This document shows positions 55,425 to 64,000 of a stretch of 64,000 bases of DNA, in pieces; the stretch's first letter is position 1, and every line of letters begins with the position of its first letter. A model generated the notes under the pieces. That model was not told the DNA's origin and made no database searches. It was given only the letters and a program-made list of their open reading frames with translations. A program made the translations under genes and the position numbers. The DNA is from Amoeboaphelidium protococcarum X5 (Eukaryota; Fungi; Aphelidiomycota), in the NCBI GenBank assembly GCA_023515725.1, contig JALDTO010000142.1, positions 558,001 through 622,000 of the forward strand. The letters run 5' to 3'.

Positions 55425-55745
55425 TTTATCGTAATAAATTTATTATTTACTATATCAGTTAATAGGTGACGAAATTAGAAATTTATTATTTTCGTCTGAA
55501 AAGTAGCGCGTACCGAAAGCAACGACATCTAATTTTACGCGCGCTCCGATTTAGCCGTACTGCATGCAAGAGTACAGCTAATGCATAATCGTTAATCTCA
55601 AAGTCAGTGCATAATTAAATCAACCTTTTGTTGTGCATAAACTTTAACGCAATATGGTGAAAAAATCCATGGTAACGATACATTTCGGATGCTTCGATCC
55701 TATTTTATTCCAATACAAGGTAATTCATCCTTCAAGAAAAAGGCA

Positions 55746-57068
55746 TCAGACTCCTTGTATAGTTTGGGTGTGTCCTACGACGCGACGTTAATTCCAGTAG
55801 GGCCTTTTATGATTATCAGCATAAAATACCAAAACTTGCTTCATACCACAGGATGAATTCACATCCCGATCCACAAAAACAGGTTCATCTTAAACTCGGC
55901 AATTCTGACAAATTCCAATCCTAGACTAAACCAATTTTTGCTCCCGATTAGGACAATTTGACGCATCATGCAATTGTTATCCTTTTTGATTTATACACCA
56001 GAACACAGGGCGCCGAAGTTTAACTACACCACGGTCATCGACACGATCGCGGTCCGGCGGCATCCTCAACTTCTTTGTATAATTACAACGGTTTACAGAC
56101 ATATCATGCATGTGCAGCTCGTGATGGCAATTGGCATGAAGCTTTGTAGTGCAGCATTCAGGAATCATTACCACCAACGCGCGCCGACTCATCTTGTACG
56201 CAAATCCTCTTACCGGGACAGGAGGGTGTTTCTTCATATGCTTAACTCCAGCAATCCCATATCCAATAACTGGTGGCTTTGGCCTCTTATCAACGGGCAC
56301 AGTAGGATCCAACATCTTGCCATAACGCGCTCTTTGCAGCCGTTAGAAATTTGCAGACTACTTAGTGCGGGCAGCATCATTCACCTTTGGAACACTTGGC
56401 TTATCCCGTCCATTAAGTATGTGATTGAGGACTCTATCATACGCAGATTGCCGTGCCATAAACTTCCTTAAACGCCAGACTCTATGAAAAGCTCTGCTAT
56501 AATATTCAAAAATTTCTGCAAAGTACCGCTTATACAATGCTACATACTCCACCTTGGACTCCATCTCTGAAGCGAGCCTTTCAAACTCTTTAATGGCATC
56601 CGGCTTAAGCCTAGATTCAGCAGCCTCGTACTGTTTCTCTAGAGTCAATTTTCTCCAGTGAACACCAGTTAAGTGAGGAGATTACTGGAATTGGCGCTTA
56701 GCACCTGACATACTTGTCTAATTATCCACCTCGGTCTCAGTGCTACAGACTAACGGATTCTCTTATCCAGGGTCGACTCCAAAACTTTCACAATTTTACA
56801 GTCTTTCATTCAAGTTATCACAGTCTGCCAATGCCACAGCACCGTACATCAACTTCGACACGTCTTTCCTATGGTGTTTAGTAAGTAAATCTTCCTTCTT
56901 GTTCGCATAAGTCCAAGCGCGATTCTCAACTTCGACCACGACAGAGCACCCATAACCATCTGTAGTAAAAGTCACATCTTCGTTATCGGCAAATTTGACT
57001 TCCAATGGCGCTCTTAGAGGGCAAAATCTGGTAGAGACGATGTTGAGCTGAAACCGTGTTGACGCGTT
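55746..57068 (-). mobile_element. Fanzor1-like (TnpB-derived) RuvC endonuclease ORF, 5'-truncated (440 open codons, no ATG before the WED-like strand)
   Basis: FTTDGYGCSV; RuvC-I FGVDPG; helix WRLRKFMARQSAYDRVLNHI; VIGYG..KKHPPVPVRGF; RuvC-II VVMIPECCTTK; HxxC/CxxC zinc finger; RuvC-III VDRDVNSS. Confidence 0.88.
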
Positions 57069-57700
57069 TCAGTCACTCACTCTCTCTCTTTATCATACAA
57101 GAGTTGAAACAACTGTAAATATACTTGTTATATCTCATATTCACTTCACTCTCTTATATTATTCTTAACAGACGAGGACTCGGTCAATCGGACTAAGCGT
57201 TACAGGTGTAGGGATGGTGGAATAAAGAAATCGTCTTATATTGAAACCAGTTGACCGTATTGACGACCAGTCCCCGTTTACTAATTTAAGCCAAAAATTT
57301 GATACTGTTGCGAAAGATTAAGAGCCAAGCTGGGGAATTTTCTTACTCTTTGCGAACAATTTTTAAAGCCATCTAGCAATTTTAAACCATAGTTGCAATT
57401 AGCAGCTCAATATTTTAATCTAGAGCACTCAAGAACCACTTAAACTGCTTTTTGCTCCGTCAATAGTCATTGTAATGGCAAATATTGAGCGCCGAACTCG
57501 CCAATCGTAAAATAAACCCTTTCTGGCGAGGTTGGAGCGCCGCAATGCCCCTGGGCGCGCAATTCGCGGCATCACCTCCCAGCCTACTTTGTAGACTAGC
57601 CATTGTTTTCTCATTCAGTAAATTCTCTATTGAAAGAACACTATTATTTTATTTCCTGGTTACAAAAAATGGATTTCAGAGATCATAACAACTAGTTTAT

Positions 57701-59275
57701 TCAATATAGAGTGCTAAACAAACGATGTTTCAATGCATCATCGGCACTCATTATCTTACCATCACATAAAAGCTACATCAATTCCAACAGTTCTGGTGCT
57801 TTATCCACGGCATGCAGCCTTTCTGACATCAAGTTTCCCACTTGGATTAGATCATGAAGAGGTATTAGCTTCTGACCCAATTTTGTAGCTGGATGAAAGT
57901 TCCAATTTACATAAGTCGTCCCAGGCTTCCTGGAATGATCAAAGTCAATTAACATCCAAAATCCATTCTCAACTGATGTAGGAACATACACAATATTAGA
58001 CCATCTTATATCTCCATGACACCATCCAAGTGAATGCCAAATGCTTAAAGCACGGAGAACAGAATGAATTGCCTCTACAAGTTCACCTAAATCCTTGGGA
58101 ACAATTTGAAATCCTAAAGGTCCCAGGTGCGCTCGAATTGTAGTAGAGTAAACTTTCAAATTATAAACTCTGATCATATGCAAAGATTAGGCGTCGCCAG
58201 GAATGCTTCTAAGGCATTCATGAATTTCAGCAAGTCTCTGTAGTTTTTCCAATGATAATCCAGAAGTCTTTTTCACAAGATCACAATCACCAAATTCAAG
58301 AACAACGCCATCAGATCTATTGACAGATTGGTATGCTTGAACAGAAAAGTTTGCCCACTTTGGAGGCCAGTACTTTGAGAACACCTCAAAAACACGCACT
58401 AAATTTACAGCAATCTTGAATATTTAAGCGCATTAGTCAATGATTCTCAAGTCCAATATTTTACTAAGAGGAACAAGCTAATGAGCTTTTGTGATTGCGA
58501 AAAACTGAATCTAAGAGCCAGCAGTAGCAAAGCCAATAATGTAATCTAAAGATCCATAAGTCAGAACACTCCAACCACTAGACATTTTTTGGACCAGTTC
58601 TTCCGTTGAAGTTCTAATATTAACCAAAGCACTCTTATGCTCACCTTTCATAACCAAGAGATGGTTATCCATGATTACCAAATAATCTGGTCTTTAAAGT
58701 CGCTTCGTGGTTCCCGTAATGTCTATCGAATTCCTCTAGGTATCTATTTCGATTCCTCTACATTTGGATACCATTTTCAAAGGAGCTGTAATTAAATTAT
58801 CATACACATAGTGCCAACAATCCTCAGAAGCTGTAGCAGAAGGAAGTTGTTTATACATAGTCAATATTCCACCACAAATATGCCCTAGCTCGGTACAACA
58901 CACAGCGTTTGCACTATGTTGATCATTAAGTATCCCAGGTAAGACATCCTAACTGCTATCGTATAAAGAAAATGGAAGAGGACTATTCAGTACGCTTCCT
59001 AGGACTTCTGCCTTAGGAAGAGACTCCAGTAAAGGCCACACATTTATACCAACGAGCTCAACAGCCGCAACATTATGATAATCGAGCTGAGGTGAGGCGT
59101 GCAGGTGGTTATATATGGCTTTTGCTTGCAGGAGAATTGCGCCGAATTCGATCCAGTCATTAACAGAGTATTCGTAGATTGACTGAAATGGAATTGTAGC
59201 CAAATTCTTAGCCAATTCGAATAATCCCATCTCTCTTAAGAGCGTAAGCAGCGTGTCTTTGGTCGCCATCGTCAT
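57701..59275 (-). CDS. Crinkler-type effector-like protein: helical header + PD-(D/E)xK REase + kinase (524 aa)
   Basis: RPDYLVIMDNHLLVMKGEHK...GFATAGSQIQF (REase-like); HSLGWCHGDIRWSNIV, LIDFDHS, DLIQVGNLM (kinase). Confidence 0.78.
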
Positions 59276-59777
59276 TTGCGTTTGTTTACAATTTTTTCAA
59301 GAAAGAAGTGGGCCACGTCCAACGCAGTCAATCAAACGAATACAAATTGTTTGTTTAGGAGGCCTAGTGATGGGTGACTGGTTTACACGACCAACAATCG
59401 CTCGCGATCGAAGCGGGAAACTCGCTAAGACCGCCAGTTGCCAAAGGTCTCATGCTGGAATTCAGATTCAGACAATAGGCCAGCTTCAGTCTTCATAAAT
59501 GAGTGGTTTCTTAAAATAGTGTCCATGAAGGACAACAGAGACATTTGAATTAAATGCAAAAAAGAAATGTTTTTAATTGCTATATAGTATTTAGATCTTC
59601 ATATTCGCTGGACGTCAAAACACATTGCCTCTCTCGCTCCTAAATTTGTCGTTCGCTTGTGACTTTAGTAAGTTCCACTTGATCTTAGCAACGACAATAA
59701 GCTTCACTCTCATCTCTCTGAACTAAATATCTTTACTCCCCTTGTAGTAATAAAAATTGCAACACTTTGAGTATAGA

Positions 59778-62700
59778 ATGAGTAATTCCACTGGATAGTT
59801 GGTGGATAGACTTTTTAATAGACGACAGTAGAGACAAGAAGATGGAGATGATTTTAGAGAAGTACAAGTTAATCGATCAGCATCTAATCAAGATTTCTGC
59901 AACAATAGAGTAACCAATACTAAATACAGTATAATCACGTTCCTCCCTCTTAATCTATTTGAATAATTCAGGTATTATTGTTATTTATCAGTCTAAGATA
60001 GATTGTAATCCATGCATATTCTAGTTTATCGAATAGTAATGTAGTCGATTTATGAATTGCTATTTTCTTCTTATAGCATCACTGCAATTGTTTCCAGCCA
60101 TCACTCCTGTATCTCCTGTAACTACATGGGCGCCGCTTATTGTTATATTTACCATATCAGCAATTAAAGAGGCATTGGATGATGTTGCGCGTTATAGAAT
60201 GGATTTGGAGAATAATAATCGTCAGTTCTCCGTAATCAGGGATGGTCAGGTGGTGGATAAGATGAAGAGCGAGGATATTATGGTGGGTGATATTGTTAGG
60301 TTGAACAATGAGCAAGAGATCCCGTGTGATGTGGTGCTCCTCTACGCTGAGCCATTGACTGATGACCATGGCGAGGCTTTGACTGATAATGGTGTATGCT
60401 TTGTTCAAACTGCCAATATTGATGGTGAGACTGATTTGAAGGTTAAGCGTGTCCCATTGCAGCTCTAATCATTAGACACTGAGAAGTGTAAGGTATTCAG
60501 TGGTACTGTATAGTGCTCAATTCCGAATAAGTAAATTTACTAGTTTGACTCAGTGTTGAAAATTTAATCCAATTCAGGTACTGGGTCTGAGGTGATAAGT
60601 CTTACACCAGATCAACTGTTGCTACAGGGAAGTCACTTGAAGAATACCAAGTTCATTTATGGTGTAGCCGTATATACCGGTAATGAGACTAAGCTGTCTA
60701 TGAATAAGGGCAAACCTAAAGTGAAATTGACCAATTTGGACAGATATGTTGACTTATCCAGTCGGTATATATTCATCTTGCAATTGTGCATTGTCGTAAT
60801 TATGGGATTTATTGGTAATTCTCTGAGTTCGAGTGAGTTTGAAGATTATGACTATTTGGAATTACAGTTGAATAGGCGCCGCTGGTTCACCGGTCTAGTT
60901 ATACCTCTGAGGATGCTCCTGCTCATGTCCTTTATGATTCCGATATCTTTGAAGGTTTCGTTGGATATTTCAAAGTATATCGCCTCATGCTTCATTGCAT
61001 GGGATCTCAAAATGTATGATGAAGATAGGGATTAAGCTGCAGTGGCATCGAATACTAATCTGGCAGATGATCTGGGATAAATTCAGTATGTATTCAGTGA
61101 CAAGACTGGTACTCTGACTATGAATAAGATGGAACTTAAAAGTGTAGTTTTCGATTCTGTCTGTGTAAATTTGGTAGATCTTAGAGATGGACGCATGTCC
61201 TCCATACAGAATACCGATAGCGGATCTAGATTTTGGACAGGCCTGGCATTGTGCCATACCGTATCGGCGGTTGAAGATGAAGATGGTGATGTGGTGTATA
61301 AAGGATAATCTCCTGATGAAGAGGCTTTGGTCTTGGGAGCTTCGCTTGCTGGATACAAGTTTCGCGGTCGTCATAAAGATTTGATTGATTTGGAAGCCAA
61401 AGGTAGTAATAAGTAAAAATTTAAAGTACTGAATGTGTTGGAATTCTCCTCTGACCGGAAGCGAATGAGTGTCATTGTTCGGCAATCATCTGATGATCAG
61501 ATTCTCCTCATCATGAAAGGTGCGGATGAAATGATGTTGCCCAGATGTGTCGGAATACCATAAGATGTCAAGAATAATCTAGAGTATTTCGCGTCTCAAG
61601 GACTTCGTACTCTTTGTGTTGGTTAAAAGTACATATCATCTTCGGATTATTAGAAATGGGCAGCTAAACTTTAGTCTGCTTAAAGTTCAATTGATAATAG
61701 AGATTAGAAAGTTGGTAAGGTTTACGATTAGATTGAGAAGGATCTTTAATTTCTGGGTATATGCGCGATTGAGGATGAACTCTAGCATAATGTTCCAGAG
61801 ACGATTACCATGCTCCGCGATGCCGGGATGAAAGTGTGGATGCTCACCGGAGACAAGATGGAGACTGCCTTACAAATCGGTAAAAGCTGCAATCTTATCT
61901 CTCACAGCGGCGATGGTAAAGTGTTCATTGTATCTTCCACAATCAGTCAGACTGACGTTTCTAGTTAGCTGAAGCAATGTCTTGATCAAGTATCTGCTGA
62001 TAGAAGAAAACCAGCCGCTAGATACAGGGCTGCCAGTAATCGCGTAATTTCTCCCGTTATTGAGAATATCATCCACCACAGTAATGAGGACGATGACGAG
62101 ATATATTCAGTCGTTGTGGATGGTGGTACTTTGAATGAGATACTGATCGATGATGAGATGAGATAGATGTTCGTTAGCTTGTGCAATAAAGCTGCCACTG
62201 TAGTTTGCTGTAGAGTGACGCCGTCTTAGAAAAGTGCCGTTGTTGGACTGGTGAAGGAGAAGGGATTCAAGACTCTTTCTATCGGTGATGGTGGTAATGA
62301 TGTGGCGATGATTTAGAATGCTCATGTCGGTGTCGGAATAATTGGTAAAGAGGGACTGTAGGCTTCAAGAGCCGCCGATTATAGCTTCACTAGTTTCCAG
62401 TTCTTGGTCAGATTAATTATCATACACGGCCGGTACTCTTATAATCGCATCGCCTATCTCGCTCTTTACTGCTTCTATAAGAGTATATTCATTGGTGCTT
62501 TATAGGCATTGTATGAACTGTACTGCGGATTCAGTGGCACAAGTTTGCTTAGTACGTTTGCTCTCAGTTCGTATAATGTTCTGTTTACTGCATTTCCAAT
62601 ACTCTTCTACTGTCTTGACAAAGACCTGCCTGAGAATGTGGTGCTGGAGAACCCTTCCATATACTAGGCTGCTATTGCTGGCGATAGATTCTCTGGGAAA

Positions 62701-63243
62701 GTAATGGGAATATGGGCATTCCGAGCATTCTGTCACTCGTTTCTGACATTGGCGATCACTCTGGCAGTGTTCAGCCTGGGAATAAACGAGTCGGGCACCT
62801 CGTCAAGTTCTTACCTTGCAATTGGTATGGCTGCTTATTCAGCGGGAATCCTCATCTAGACTGCCACCATGGCAATTGAGACCAACACTTTTACAGTGTA
62901 CAATCACATTGCCATCTGGGGTTCTATGTTAATGTATTTCATACTTGCTTACCTCATATCTTTGGTGACCAGTTTTGAATTGCATGGCCTCATTGCTGAG
63001 TTATACTCCAATGGATCCTTTTGGTTCAGTATCATTCTGGTCGTGGTACTTAGCACACTCCCTGTCATTTGTATGAAATTGATTCGGAAAATGTTCTATC
63101 CTGTAATGTTGGATCGTCTGTAAATGGAGCTGGCTGATAAATCTTTAGATATTGAACTCACCTCTAGCAACGAACATCTACCACTAACGCGTCAATCTAG
63201 GCATGAATTAAACGTCCGAACTGTAGAATCTGATTCTGAATGA
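59778..63243 (+). CDS. P4-type ATPase phospholipid flippase, one intron near 59972-60044
   Basis: [13 protein letters not shown](TAA=Q)[44 protein letters not shown]. Confidence 0.96.
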
Positions 63244-63372
63244 ATTTGATCTTATTGTCCAAGTTATTAAAAGCTAGATAAATTAGACACGTTATTATTT
63301 CGAAAATCATTACTCTTTTAAAATCTATAAAACTTTTATTTTTGTTAGAAGCAGATTATCTAATCATAGTTA

Positions 63373-64000
63373 TCAGTGGTGTTTGAGGGAACTCAGTCTA
63401 ATGTCCCGCTGCCTTAAATCTGTCGTCACTGCCTCTTTCAGCATGGTTACGGTGCGCTGAGTGTGAGTCCATACAATACCAGCATTCTGAGGATCCATCA
63501 GTGAAAATAATTCATCAACTCCGAATACAACGCCTCCTATCTTTTAAAGGAAGCAAATCTCCTGTTGTGCATTCATAGCCACCACAATCTGTGACTCACT
63601 CAAAGACTCTTCTTCGCAGGTCGGGTCGACGATGAAGACACTATGATCTCCCTTAGATTATGCAGCACTATCTGTCGCCCGTTAATAAAAACAGAGTTTG
63701 CTACACACCGGAATATGATGTAGTGACAGAGGAACAGACTGCGAGTCTCCAATACTGATCTATTCTCCTTTTACGCGAACATCAGGCCGCCTGAAATGCA
63801 GGAGAGCGGCAGTAGCAGCGAGACTCACTGCACTATCTAAATTTCCACAATTTTCAATCACCGTGATAACCAACTGAATATCCCATACAAGCGTACCAGC
63901 TAATATACACAGCGATTCCATGTCCAGACATCTAGAGCTTTTGATAACCTTTTCCAATAATCGAGATATATGCACCTCTTCATCGCGTCCGCCGTGCAGT
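63373..64000 (-). CDS. RRP45: Exosome subunit Rrp45/EXOSC9 (5' partial)
   Basis: ISRLLEKVIKSSRCLDMESLCILAG, AALLHFRRPDV, VPLSLHHIP, VDPTCEEE. Confidence 0.92.

Noticed and set aside
57489-57600. Helitron 3' end (GC-rich hairpin followed by CTAG)
   Set aside because: CTAG is about 25 nt from the hairpin and followed by C rather than T, and no Rep/Hel gene is present

Overview
Gene-dense eukaryotic (opisthokont, fungus-related) genomic DNA that does not use the standard genetic code. TAA and TAG are read as Gln and TGA is the only stop (NCBI table 6 type), which is why the supplied ORF track is fragmented. Re-translated by hand, the window holds about 35 compact genes with few short GT-AG introns. 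Housekeeping genes include glycogen phosphorylase, G-alpha, eIF6, BCKDH E1-beta, GlyRS, Cox18/Oxa1, p24, Ulp2-like protease, MnSOD, an RTEL1-like helicase, CCT6, MDH, a P4-ATPase and Rrp45. Fungal-like genes combined with UAR=Gln fit the aphelid Amoeboaphelidium protococcarum (inference). Main accessory content: (1) a Fanzor1-like RuvC ORF with an intact D-E-D triad but no N-terminus, followed by a hairpin and 26-bp-spaced motifs, and lying next to a Crinkler-type REase-kinase gene (55.5-59.3 kb). (2) A 177-bp tandem array of palindrome/MITE-like units (47.75-48.53 kb) with an inverted dispersed copy in the phosphorylase promoter. (3) A second 188-bp palindromic repeat beside a decayed telomere-linked-helicase-type recombinase fossil. 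(4) A beta-propeller/mucin receptor-like non-RD kinase, a bacterial-type GTPase, and a PRELI-PX-PH-DUF547 fusion. (5) A probable non-AUG mitochondrial extension of GlyRS. All coordinates and translations are manual and no database searches were run.
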